Under the pieces are notes generated by a model. That model was not told where the DNA came from. It worked only from the letters and a program-made list of their open reading frames with translations, and did not search any database. From NCBI RefSeq assembly GCF_018350175.1, contig NC_058382.1:49292001-49356000 (forward strand): a stretch of DNA of 64,000 nucleotides, read 5' to 3'. Each line of letters begins with the position of its first letter. The first letter of the stretch is position 1. This DNA comes from Felis catus. Its lineage: Eukaryota. This document shows positions 52,762-63,990 of this stretch, piece by piece. Position numbers and translations under genes: made by a program.

Positions 52762-52941
52762 TCGTTTATTTTTTGGGGGAGTGGGGAGGAGATTTGAAAG
52801 GGAGAGAGAGGATCCCAAGCAGGCTCTGAACTTTCAACACAGAGCCTGACGCAGGACTCAATCTCATGAACTGTGAGATCATGACCTGAGCTGAAATCAA
52901 GAGCTGGATGCTTAACTCTGACTGAGCCACCCAGGCACCCC
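52762..52941 (-). mobile_element. Can-SINE
   Basis: Ends GAGCCACCCAGGCACCCC. Confidence 0.88.
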
Positions 52942-53400
52942 TGAAACTATAAAATTCTAAGAAACAAATATATATTTCAGTAGAAATGTGAAAAAAAAAA
53001 TTTCCCTGGCACATATGTGAAGAGGTTGAAAATCGTTCTGAAGAATAAAATAGGTGGACATGTAAGTCACCGTCACTTGTAATGCAGATAAACACAGGGC
53101 AACGTCTGTGAGGAAGCCCAAATGAAGAGTGGAAGGAACTTACCGGAACTCGGCCAACCTACTGTGGCAATGAGAGACTTGACTATCAATGCTGTGAAGC
53201 CATCTCATTTTCCTTTTGCTAAATAAAATGATTAAAAGGGTTAGAAAGAAACTGCAATGTCAAATTCTATCTTCTCCAATCAGATGACAAGAGTAAATCA
53301 GCATTTCCTTTGAAAATGGGAGCGCTGACTTTGGTCCTATCCAAAAGAGTTAACTTCAATTAGAAGCAGGGTAAAAATAATTTCACGAAAACATTGTTCA

Positions 53401-53612
53401 GGGGCGCCTGGGTGGCTCAGTCGGTTGAGCGTCCGACTTCGGCTCAGGTCATGACCTCAAGGCTTATGAGTTTGAGCCCCGTGTGGGGCTCTGTGCTGAC
53501 AGCTCAGAGCCTGGAGCCTGCTTTGGATTCTGTGTCCCTCCCTCAGTCAGGCTCTGTCTCTCTCTCAAGAATAAATAAAACATTAAAAAATTTTAAAAAT
53601 AAAAATAAAAAA
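53401..53612 (+). mobile_element. Can-SINE abutting the WDR59 3' end
   Basis: TSD AAACATTGTTCA. Confidence 0.93.
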
Positions 53613-53657
53613 ACGAAACATTGTTCAATCTTTTTTTCCCCAAACAATTACCTGAAT

Positions 53658-53663
53658 TTTATT
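53658..53663 (-). terminator. Candidate distal poly(A) signal (AATAAA)
   Basis: Canonical AATAAA on the minus strand, with a U-rich tract about 45 nt downstream. Confidence 0.5.
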
Positions 53664-53737
53664 AGCCAAGGAAGATCAGCTTGAAGAGAAATAACAAACA
53701 AAAGAGACACCTTTAGACTCTTTAAGTACATCATATA

Positions 53738-53743
53738 TTTATA
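53738..53743 (-). terminator. Candidate proximal poly(A) signal (TATAAA variant)
   Basis: Minus-strand TATAAA followed about 28 nt downstream by GU/U-rich GTGTCTCTTTTGTTTGTTATTT. Confidence 0.5.
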
Positions 53744-54099
53744 ATTTAGCATTTTTAAAAGGCCACTACCCACCCGTCCATTAAATGTACCAATTTACAT
53801 CACAGGCCCACTTGTCAACTAAGTTAATGTCCATCGTCCTTCGGCTCAGGAGACCGTCCTTTGCATCCCACCGTGGTCTGAAACGGCATCAGAAAGGATG
53901 CTGCTCAGTGGTTTATGGTTAACACCTTAAAGGTAAACATGGCTCTGGAGCCAGGTGCTTTTCTGCGAGGAAATTTCCACCTGGCTACGCGGCTCTGCAC
54001 ATCTGTTCTCCTCCTGCCCGGTGACATCCCTGCCATCAACAGCCACAGAGAAGAGAAATAAAAGCTCATGAGCGGCTGGGGCTGTGGCAGTCTCTGAGG

Positions 54100-55800
54100 G
54101 GAACGTGCCCCAGTCTAGCTGGGAATGGCTTCGGGAGCCTCTCTCCTGGCGGAGAACTTGCCGTCCAGCGTTTACGGGGTCCTCCGGGATTTGTGACAAC
54201 TCCCAAGGTCTGTAAGTTCAGAATGTGCTCTCAAGCAGGCAGTGGCATCCACACCCGGTGGGACACACCTCCTGGGTCCGAAACCACTCCATCATGTGGC
54301 TGGTGTGCCCACCGTGCCCGCAGGTCAGGCAGAAGTTGGACGAGCCGCGCACCGCCACGTGGCAGATGGCACACTGGAATGTGAAGCCTTTGCAGATGGC
54401 ACACTGCGTGCCACGGACCTCGCTCCGACAGTGGCTGCAGTACACGCCAAACTCTGCGAACGGGTGGGGATGGCCAGAACAAGAGACACGGTAAGTTAGT
54501 TCCGCAGAGGGACACGGCACTGTGAGAACGACGTATTCGCTGGAGGACTCTACGGGATTCTATCACAGCCATGGTGCTCCCTTTTCTTCAACAGCAGCTC
54601 TTCGTCCACAATCTCACTAAGTCTGACAAAGAGAAGCTGCCGTCCCTGCCGGCGGGGTGCAGGTGGACAGCGTGGCAGACGCCTGGTGGCCAGGGGCCTC
54701 GGGTGAAAAGCCCAGGAGGTAGCTATGCCTCATTCTCTCCTACGCCAGTAGCTGCGCGGGCCTGGCTCGTGGAGGTGGCCACCGATCGTTTGTTGACAGA
54801 AGCGAAGGACTCAGTGACACCCAGCAACGGCTGACCAGTCTCACGCCGTCTTCCCTACCTGCCCACCAATGACCAAGTGGCACGAGAGGAGCCGGGTCAG
54901 GACACTGCGGTCAGGACCACCTGACAGCTGGCCCCCGGCCTCCCGGAAGAGACCCCGAGGGCCAACCCCCTCACCTGCACATCCTAGTCTACCTCAGGCA
55001 TGACCCCGAGTCTGGGCGGCCAGTACCGACCTCCCGTCTGCCCGGCCCGCTTCCAGCGGGCCAGCTTGGAGCAAACCTCCCCACCGGCTGCGCTCTCTCC
55101 CGGGACGGTGCCCTCGTCGCCCGGCCCTGCCTGTAGCCTGCCACCTCTGCCAACCTCTGGAGCAAAGGCCACCTTGGTCTCGATTCCTGAAGAGCACCAG
55201 GGCAGGAGTGGCAGGCCCGCGCCCCATTACTGCCTCCAGACCGTCACCTTCGCCACCCTTGTCTCTTCTCGTCTGCTCTCACCTGTGGCACCGTGGACAC
55301 ACCCCCGTTCCCTCGGGACTTCTCTTCTGGTTCTCACTCTTCTTTCAGCCCCGGTTCTTGGCACCATCCCCGGTGCCTTCAAAACCCACCCCCCCGACCC
55401 TCCGCCCACCTGGCCTCGCAGGTCCTCACCTGTCATGTACAGCCTTCACCCTTTCTGGCGTCACCTTCCCCCGGGGCCAGTCTGAGTGACGCGAACCAAC
55501 CTCCCAATCACTTGCTCGCAAGTATCCCCACCTCTCCCTCCACGGTACCGCCCGGCAGAACATCGGCCCAGGTGGAGCTGCCGACTCCACGAGCACTAGT
55601 GAGGGAAGGCCCACCGTCAAGATGCACTTCCCACTAAATCCACCAAAGACTCCCAGTGCGGGGGCGGGCTGGAGGGGGGGCTTCTCTGCCATTCCCAGAC
55701 GGCACTTCCGGCCTCCGCAGCAGCCCGCGCACTCCTCGCACACACCCTGCTCCCCTCACCTGCCGGCCTCCCCTCTGCCTTGAGAAAAGAGAAGCCTTCA
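54100..55800. other. CpG/GC-rich segment over the WDR59 last exon and the adjacent intron end
   Basis: CpGs visibly denser than in the AT-rich flanks; not computed formally. Confidence 0.5.
54218..54453 (-). CDS. WDR59: WDR59 terminal coding exon; C-terminal zinc finger/RING-like domain and TGA stop
   Basis: Acceptor CCGTTCGCAG|AG; encodes (E)FGVYCSHCRSEVRGTQCAICKGFTFQCAICHVAVRGSSNFCLTCGHGGHTSHMMEWFRTQEVCPTGCGCHCLLESTF*; the CGHGGH and CPTGCGCHC motifs are typical of GATOR2/SEA C-termini. Confidence 0.97.
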
Positions 55801-56262
55801 TCTCCAGCCACCAAACCTTCGCATCTCCCTACCTGTTCCTCTATTCCTTCTACCTCCTACAACAAAGGAAGGAGTCTTCCTTTCGCCAGAGCCAGTTCCC
55901 TCTGCTTCGTGACGGTGGGTGGTCACAAAAATGTACCACTAAAGACTTCTAAAATACATGGTAACTAAGGAAAGATTTTATGATAGTCCTGGTTCAGGTC
56001 AATCCTGAGACAGATTAGAGTGGTTTGGTGATCTTGGTTAAAAACAGCCATGTCTTGTCCCTCTAAGCCTGACTGTTTATGTCAGGTAAGACTTTGGTAT
56101 ATGTTCTTGTGAAAAGCCTTAATAGTTTAAATTTCTTATATTTCCTTTAGTAGTTTTATTGGTTTGATAAGATTCAACCTTTAAAGATTATGAGAATGCA
56201 AAAAGTGTGTGTTCAACATAGTGAATTATAGTATGGCTTTAAAAAAAAAAAAGGTTGTTCTT

Positions 56263-56480
56263 GGGGCGCCTGGGTGGCTCAGTTGGTTAAGCGTCCAACT
56301 CTTGATTTGGGCTCAGGTCATGATCTCGCAGTTTCATGAGTTTGAGCCCCACGTCGGGCTTGCTGACCCTGCAAGCCTGTTTGGGATTCTCTCTCTCTCT
56401 CCCTCTCTCTACGCTTCCCTGCTTGTGCTCTGTCAAAATAAATAAATAAACTTAAAAAAATTATTAAAAAATAAAATAAT
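56263..56480 (+). mobile_element. Can-SINE, antisense within the WDR59 last intron
   Basis: TSD GTTGTTCTT; canonical head. Confidence 0.9.
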
Positions 56481-58291
56481 AAGACACAAAATAAAAAAGT
56501 GTTGTTCTTTGACATTTGAGATAACTGTGTATGTAAACTTAATTATCCTCCTTATCTCTCCGGGTAAAATTACTAAAATGTCATCTCCCTGAAAAACTCA
56601 ATGTCATCGGTAACTGTGTTTCTTCACAGTAAGTCAGTTTAAGTATAATTTCTAAAAATCCTTATTAAGGCTCTGTACTAACATTTCATTTAATTAATTA
56701 ATGAATCATTTGTGGGGGGGGGGTGGATGTGAACAATTTCTAAGTGGATACAAATTCACAAAGAAAATGCAGAAACACTACGTCACTAAGTGTAGTTTTA
56801 GTATTTCTCTCTTGCCTCTTACTGTTACACATGACGGACCGGCCATTACTGAGAAGGGTGGGCACACATCTGGACCATGCTGGTGGGGTTCGCGCTAAGT
56901 GTCACCACATTTGGATATGCAAAGGGCTGTAGACTTTGTTTGTGATCGGGAAGCTGTCAGGCATCTTTTATAGGAATACTGACAAACCTGGGGATCTCAG
57001 GGAAGGAAGCATACAACCACAGGTGTAGGCTTTGCAAGGGCGTGAGGTGAAACGTGGCGGAGGTGAAACGGATCATTCTTGGTTCCTAAGAGACAAACTA
57101 ATAAGGACAATAAAAACACGTCTGGCACATAAATGATGAAATTACGATTTCCGAGGCTCTATGAAACCCTCAGGCAGAAGCCAGCTCCGGAGGCTTAGTG
57201 TCATATGGCCCCTCATAGGGAAGAGTTGTGTCATGAACATCAATTACACAAGTGTAAATAAAACCAGCCAAAAAAATAAGACGCTAAATTAATAAATGGA
57301 AGTCAAATAAAATAAGACATAAATTAATTAATAAGCTAAATAAAAATCACTGAACAAAATTGAGGTGGGCAGATGCACGCCTCTGGCACAAGATGTGGGA
57401 GGCGGGGCTGACAAAGCAAAGCAAACACCTTGCTCTGCCACCATTGTGACCAAGCACCACACGCCATAGTGGAAAACGACAAAATCAAAACCCATCTTAT
57501 GATGGAGATGGCTTTTCAAAAGAATATTCTGCCCAGCAGTACTCCCTCAAAATAGATGAAGCTCTGACCTCTTTCTATAAATCTAACTCCCTAAATGAAA
57601 ACAATCTTATTCCTAAAATTCACTGCTGATATCGGATGACCCCTGCCGACGTGATTAGCCCAAGAGGAAAGTGCTGGTTTTCCAGCAATTTGGAGCCTAA
57701 CTGTACGTAGCCCTGGTGACCTTGTAGCATTTTTCTCTCAATATCTGTTTGCTATATGTGAACGGTCCAATTCTTCCAAATAATAAAAATGAAAATATTT
57801 AAATGCTTTTGTCTGTGAGTCTGTTTTCATAACCCCCTCCCTCTGAAATCTTGCAGGGCTCTTTGTAAAGGTATCAGAACATATTATTCATTCTTCAAGA
57901 TCATCTGAGTCTTTGTGAGTTCCTGTTTTACTTCTCTGATTGGATTACAGGCTTCTTGTTAACCCCTGCCCATCCCCACCAAACCACCCCCTGGATTTCC
58001 TCGTACGCCCAACAGAACCTGGCATGATGCTTCTCACGGTGGATGTCAGTAAGAGTGCAATATACCAGTAACCTGCCTCTGTGACTCACAGATTTTCCTG
58101 AAAACTAATTCTACAAGACAAACTGCTCTAGGCCTGCAATCCTCTCTCTGATAAACTTTCATGCATTTATATGCTCTGAAAAATATATTACCCAAATAGC
58201 ACTTTGCATATTTGCATTTCCTCAAGTACATACACCAAAATAATCCGTATTAAAATAATCCTTCAATATGCAGATCTATGTATTACTCTGG

Positions 58292-58398
58292 TTTGTTTTT
58301 TAGATTTTAAGTAATTTCTACACCCAACATGGGGCTTGAACTCACAACCTGAGATTAAGAGTCACATGCTCCGCCGAAAGAGCCAGCCAGGTGCGCCC
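58292..58398 (-). mobile_element. Short Can-SINE
   Basis: CTACACCCAACATGGGGCTTGAACTCACAACC...GAGCCAGCCAGGTGCGCCC. Confidence 0.85.
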
Positions 58399-59266
58399 TG
58401 TTTGGGTTTTTTAATTGAAACTATATACACACAACTTATAATGCTATACATCTTATTAACAAAACCAACATTCCCTTCTACCTCCCTTGCCCCTCACTCT
58501 CAGGAGGAAAACCTTCCAACTCATTTAACTTTTTCTTCTGTTTCTACCTTCCTATTCTCAAACACCACATTTATGAAGCCAATTCTTAACTTCCACACTG
58601 AAGCATTACCTCAACTTTCACCTGGCAGCTTCTTCCACTCCTCAATCCCATCATCCACTCATATACCCCGTCCCACCATCTACCTAGGTGAACATGAATC
58701 AAGCCGAGCCACGTAACCATGATGACTTTTCCTTTCCTGCACATTTGGTTTTTCTCAGAGTTAGTAACCGTCTTGTTGTTTTCATTTGCTTAGCTGGCTT
58801 AGCGTAATTCACCTGCGAACCCTCTATCAAATATCTGAATCTCTATAAATATATCGGACACTGAAATCCATTAGATATTTTGCTAACTTTCTCTTCTTGG
58901 AGACAATGCTCCTGAAGCTCCAAACTGGATCTGTCTCTGGGTTGGCCACGTGGATCTCCCTTTAACATCATCCCGACTCCCTGCTTTTTTAGACTGAATC
59001 TCCTTCTTGGAGAGGGTGAAGGTTTACTTTCACACGTGACTGATAATTTGGGTAGAATTCCAGGTGAGAAACCATTTTCTGGAGAATTCTGAAGGCACTG
59101 ATGCATTCATTGTCCTCTCCTTTCCAGTATCTAGTTCACTGCTCGGGAGAAGTGTGGTGCCATCCATTTTCCTTAACCTGCTTTGCCTCTCTGGAAGCTC
59201 CCAGGGTATGCTCTTTATCCTGGGTCTTTCTTCATTCACTACACTAAGTGCTTAATGAGCCCTTTC

Positions 59267-59517
59267 TTTTTTTTTTTTTTGTATTAAAAAAAAACAATTT
59301 TTTTAACGTTTATTTATTTTTAAGACAGAGAGAGACAGAGAGAGACAGAGCAAGAATGGGGGAGGGCCAGACAGAGAGGGAGACACAGAATGTGAAACAG
59401 ACTCAGGCTCTGAGCTGTCAGCACAGAGCCCGACACAGGGGCTCGACCTCACAGACTGCGAGATCATGACCTGAGCCGAAGTCAGATGCTTAACCGACTG
59501 AGCCACCCAGGCGCCCC
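59267..59517 (-). mobile_element. Can-SINE within old L1 remnants
   Basis: TSD core GCCCTTTC. Confidence 0.9.
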
Positions 59518-60279
59518 ACTGGTGGGCCCTTTCAATGTGGAAAGGCGTCTGCCTTCTCTGGAGAACGAATATTCCCGATTTTCTATAGTGCTAGAGAAAG
59601 GGTAATAACCTGCTCTGCAAACTAGGGGCAGGGGTCTGGCCTAAAAAGGCCATCAAACAATACTGTGCTTACTCTTACCTTCATGCCACTTCCAGAGGTA
59701 CTGGGCATAACTAAATCCTGAGCCATCGTTGGGGCAGGTGGTTCTGTGACGTGTGTTACTGTTTTTCCACCTGTCCGTTCAGGCCCCGTAAAATCAGCTA
59801 CCACTAACCTATCTGCCTCCCTGACCCCAAATGCTATTGCCAACACTGTTCCCCGTACACGGTTATGCCTTTTCAGGAAAGCTCTGGATAGATGCTCTGG
59901 GGCATCCGGGGGAGAGAGGAAATCCGTGTGTGTTCAAACCACCCTCTCTGGCAGTCTTCCACGTCACCCTTTAAAACCTATCTCTTCTCTTGGCTCCTTT
60001 CAGGTCACGGTCTTGCTTTTCCTCAAAACTCACTGGTGTCTCATTCTAAGTTTGTTTCTGGTTCTTCCTCTAGACGCCAGTGCAAGGGCTGGTTTCTCTC
60101 ACGGCCCGGAGTGGGTGGGCACTCGCTCTCCCTGTATTCTTCCCCCCGCCCCACCGGGCCTCCCCCCTCCCCACCCCCAGGCCCAGGGCAAGGTACCCAC
60201 TATCACAGCTTCAGGACCGCCTACATGACGGAGGTTCCCAGACTCCTAGTTCTAGCCCCCGGCTCCCCTTTGAGCTCCA

Positions 60280-61070
60280 GACACACATCTGGCCACATAT
60301 GGGACTGAACGGTCTGGCATCTCATACACATCTCCGGCCCCTAACAGGGCTCCTAATTTTCTGTCTTCATTTGGGCACCACCCCCTGCCCAGTTGCTCAA
60401 GCTAGAAACCCAGAAATTACCTAATAAGCTCTGTCTCTTCCCCACAATCCGACATCCAATTTGTTCGCGTATTATGGTAAGTCTCCCTCTAAAATGTATT
60501 TTTAATCCCTCCCTCTCTACCTCTCTACCTCTATTGACACAGCTTGACATTAGACCGGAGATCTCCCTCTGACTATCCTAACAGCCTTCAGACTTTCACC
60601 CCTGCCCTCCTCCAATCCTTTCTTCGTTTAACAGCCAGTGATTCTCTTAAAATAAAAATGAGAGCATGTCACTTACCTCTTAATACCTTGGACGCTTACC
60701 ACTGGACTCCGAATACAAGCCCAACGCTGTACCCTGACTTACAAGTCCCTAATTATCCTACAATCTGACCTGGTACCCCTCTTCTTGCTCATTGTGTTCT
60801 AGCCACTGCCTTCCTTCACTTGTTTATGTCTCTCCTCACGGATGGCTCCTTCTCACCCCTCAGACCTCAGCCCCTCAGAAAGGCCTTCCCAGTCCACTGC
60901 AACACCTTACCTAAAATTCTCCCTCCCTGCACCAACATCCTTTTTGTTTGCTCATAAACACGGATCACCACTTATAACTACTTAATTTTGCTCCCTACTT
61001 GTCTGTGAACTCCAGAAGGGCAAGAATGTGCTTGATATACATACAATAGGGGAATATATGGATAAGTACC
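60280..61070. mobile_element. L2 remnant
   Basis: CCAGTTGCTCAAGCTAGAAACC...AGAAAGGCCTTCCC...TGTGAACTCCAGAAGGGCAAG. Confidence 0.65.
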
Positions 61071-61273
61071 CCTCGTTCAAATCACTATCTGAGTACCACA
61101 CACAGAACTGCTTCTATTTAGAAGAGAAATTTACGCTTGTCATGAAAGGCAGGGGTTTTTGGCAGCTTGAAAGTGAGAAGCTAGAACACTTCACTCCAAG
61201 TCTTACATTACAGACAAACTAAACTATGGGACCTTTCAGACAGTGACAGGAAAAGAAAGAAACTGATATTCAC

Positions 61274-61416
61274 CGATCCCTTTGTGAGGATCAGGAGGAC
61301 AGGAGACAAACTTCAGCACCTCGGCTCGTTTCTCTCTCAGCCCCCAGCGATAGAGGATTTCTCCATAGCACTTCTTAAAGTCATCAAATTGCTGGGTATT
61401 GGCAGGGTCCAGAAGC
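61274..61416 (-). CDS. WDR59: WDR59 penultimate coding exon, 143 nt
   Basis: Acceptor TTTTATCCAG|G, donor ATCG|GTGAAT; encodes LLDPANTQQFDDFKKCYGEILYRWGLREKRAEVLKFVSCPPDPHKGI + 1 nt. Confidence 0.95.
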
Positions 61417-61570
61417 CTGGATAAAACTCAAAAGATTTCCTGTCAGTTCCTTTAAGAAAAAACAAGCTCGATACCAAATGAACTCAATATGCCTTTCTTA
61501 AGGCAAGAGTCCTAATTTTGGAGAATCTAGGCATTATGAAATTGCAGCTCTCGCCCGGGAAGGTCGTTAC

Positions 61571-61697
61571 CTTTTATTTTTATCATGCTGGTCACGTTCT
61601 CGCTCACGAGGATCACTGTAGGTAAGACTCCCAAAGCGGATTTCTTCTGGAGAAGACTCTCCCCAAGGTGAAGATACATGTTCTGCCTCCCTTCCCG
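61571..61697 (-). CDS. WDR59: WDR59 coding exon (3rd from last), 127 nt
   Basis: Acceptor TTTTCTTCAG|CG, donor AAAG|GTAACG; encodes (A)GREAEHVSSPWGESSPEEIRFGSLTYSDPRERERDQHDKNK(R). Read by hand; not in the ORF track. Confidence 0.94.
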
Positions 61698-62211
61698 CTG
61701 AAGAAAATCAAATGGGAAGGAAAAAGGGAAATCAGAGAAGGCATGGAAAGGGCCTGAACACCCTCATAATGCAGAATGCGCCCAATTTAGTCCCTGGAAG
61801 ATGCTGAGAAATATAACTGAACAGAACTCTTTCTCAGCCTCGCCTTTTTGTCTAGGTATTTACTGTTCAGGTGACCAGATAATTAAGTATACACATAATG
61901 TTCAAGCAGCAAATTATGGTGTAGTGATACGGAACATTGGATAAAGCAGTCATGACTCATAAAGACTTTTTAAATGACATAAGAAAATGCTCATGATCCA
62001 ATTAAAAACAGAACGCAAAATCATATATATAGAATGACCCCCCCCCCCCATATACACACACAGACATATACAGATTGGGAAAAAATGTTCTGGAATATTA
62101 ACAGACATTGTTTCTAGGTGGAGGTTCAGTGGTGATTATTTTCTTCTCTAATACTTTTTGTTTTTCTTCACTGGGCAGGTATCACTTTTATAATCCAGAA
62201 AATTAAGATAA

Positions 62212-62347
62212 TTTTTATGTATTTACTTAAATAGGCTTCATGCCCAGCATGGAGCCAATGCAGGGATTGAACTCACAACCCCGAGATGAAGACCTGAAGT
62301 GAGATCAAGAGTCGGGTGCTTAATTGACCGAGCCACCCAGGCACCCT
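62212..62347 (-). mobile_element. Short Can-SINE in a WDR59 intron
   Basis: GAACTCACAACCCCGAGAT...GAGCCACCCAGGCACCC. Confidence 0.85.
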
Positions 62348-62855
62348 CAAGAAAACTAAGATGATTTTTAAAAAGAAATTGCAAAAATCCGTAAACCACA
62401 AATACACTTATTCATTAAATAGGTCTTTATGGCCAGCCAGAATCAGTCTCATCTTTATTTCTCCACGTTGAAAGCAGTGCATTGGAAGAGGTGGATAAGA
62501 GAAGTGGCAGATGACGGGGGCAAGCAGGGGGGGAGGGGGGGAGGGTGCCATGAAGGACAAAGGATGAGGGTTGGGCTTACGGGGTGAGCACAAAGAAGTC
62601 CCACTGTCAGTTTCGCAAAGTTCTACGTTGAAAAGCAACCCAGCAAGGCACACAGGCATACCGGAAACTGGCCTGTTCAAACATGAAAGCCCAGGCCTTG
62701 CTGACTACAGCATCCCCATCATAAGAAATTGGAAGAGAAATGAGAAACAAGGAAAAAGTGGAGCATATCCATCAACCGAAGTTTACACATCAACGACTCA
62801 CACACAGCTTCAGAGCACTAGAAATCCAGCGTGGCCAAGTCAGCTCCATACCAAC

Positions 62856-62928
62856 CTATGTTCCAGCCACCAGTGTTGAGCCCTGGGTCCGACATGCTGG
62901 AGCAGGAGCCCGAGGAAGTAAAGCTAGG
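62856..62928 (-). CDS. WDR59: WDR59 coding exon (4th from last), 73 nt
   Basis: Acceptor GTCCTTCAG|CCT, donor ATAG|GTTGGT; encodes PSFTSSGSCSSMSDPGLNTGGWNI + 1 nt; preceded by a 95-nt intron; phases match both neighbours. Confidence 0.93.
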
Positions 62929-63023
62929 CTGAAGGACAGACAGGCGCGGCGTCAGAACACGCTGCCCTGTGAATGCTTCCCTCTCGGAGAAGTCAGACAC
63001 AGAGCAGAAGGCCACAAGCTTAC

Positions 63024-63174
63024 ATATCGGCTGTGGGACACCACGAGGTTAGAGGACCGGCCGGGAAAGGGTCCGAAGGGGTTTGGTATTCCCTGAGGCC
63101 GAGACTGGGCTTCAAACACACTGCACAGCATGGCCAGTGTCTGGACGTCCCGGAGTCGGCAGTAATGAGCCAAC
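63024..63174 (-). CDS. WDR59: WDR59 internal coding exon (5th from last), 151 nt
   Basis: Acceptor CTTCCTCCAG|G, donor TAT|GTAAGC; 1 nt + LAHYCRLRDVQTLAMLCSVFEAQSRPQGIPNPFGPFPGRSSNLVVSHSRY, recognised as WDR59 C-terminal region. Upstream exons lie beyond the window. Confidence 0.95.
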
Positions 63175-63814
63175 CTGGAGGAAGATGACAGAAAAAAAGT
63201 CAAGAGAAGAGACAGAGGAAGGGTAACTGTCACAGTTTATGGCAGGTTGCTGCCATAGGGATGAGAGGAAAGGTTCTTAATTCTGCCTCACAAACCCCTG
63301 TCGGGAACCAGGGTTTTCTACAGATCTAGCTGATTAGAATCTGGCTAAATTTGTTTTGGAAAAGAATATATCCAAGTATTACAAATGACCCGGGTAACCC
63401 ATTCAAAAGTTTCTGGTTGGCATCCAGGCATGGCTCAGACTTGAATGTAGCTTCTCCAAGAACTAAGGGGACTAAACTAACATCTGAATGAGGCCATGCA
63501 TGTGCTCTCAGTCTCTCCAACTCCAAGAAGAATCCCACTGCTTTCTGGGGGTCTCTACACACTTCACTCGTGGAACCAAAAGCTGTGTGAAGGTGCTCAG
63601 AACACTGTACAACCACCACTGTATGGAGAGCTGGCGACAGACTCAAAGGTGGAATTATGAGCATGAGCTATTAAATAAGAACAACAAGGAATATTTTTAC
63701 CTTTTAGGTACTCACATCCTCTTTGCTCCTTTTAGGACTACTATGCTAGGATGTGAGGTAGGGATCGGGGCAACGTGGCCTTTGTGATAGAATGATATTG
63801 ATACTTTCCTACCA

Positions 63815-63990
63815 AGTAATGTCTAACGTTTCTTAAGGTGTTTTCACACTATCTTATTTGAGCCTTCTGTGATGTGGACAGAACAACTGTTATCATCCCT
63901 ACATGACCATGAGGCAACTGAAGCTTGAGGACAGGTCTGAGGTCTGGCCTCAACAAGTAAGTAAAGAAATCCTCCACCTGAGGAATTAGA
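63815..63990 (-). mobile_element. MIR
   Basis: TTATCATCCC...GAGGCAACTGAAGCTTGAG. Confidence 0.55.

Larger units (their letters stand above)
53640..54217 (-). other. WDR59: WDR59 3' UTR (3' end uncertain)
   Basis: Non-repetitive sequence after the stop codon, ending at candidate poly(A) signals at 53738-53743 and 53658-53663. Confidence 0.7.

Noticed and set aside
13650..53150. Scattered strong minus-strand donor motifs (CTTACC on + at ~13652, 30988, 36357, 39860, 53140) as exons of a read-through lncRNA
   Set aside because: Frequency is compatible with chance and I could not pair them with convincing acceptors; needs transcript data.
54454..54520. N-terminal extension of ORF 54218-54520 (MPCPSAEL...)
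   Set aside because: Intronic read-through upstream of the splice acceptor at 54454; the start is a non-ATG call.
55000..55485. 161-aa Pro/Ser-rich ORF antisense to WDR59, and neighbouring overlapping ORFs
   Set aside because: Expected from high GC content (few stop codons); low-complexity composition and no family resemblance.
3019..59506. Recurring MAQSV... and GAPGWLSR... peptides, and tRNA-like heads
   Set aside because: Translations of Can-SINEs; the heads are tRNA-derived but not tRNA genes. The copies are dispersed, so this is not a CRISPR-like array.
63326..63664. 112-aa minus-strand ORF as a further WDR59 coding exon
   Set aside because: The peptide does not resemble WDR59 as I recall it, and candidate splice sites do not put this frame in phase with the downstream exon.
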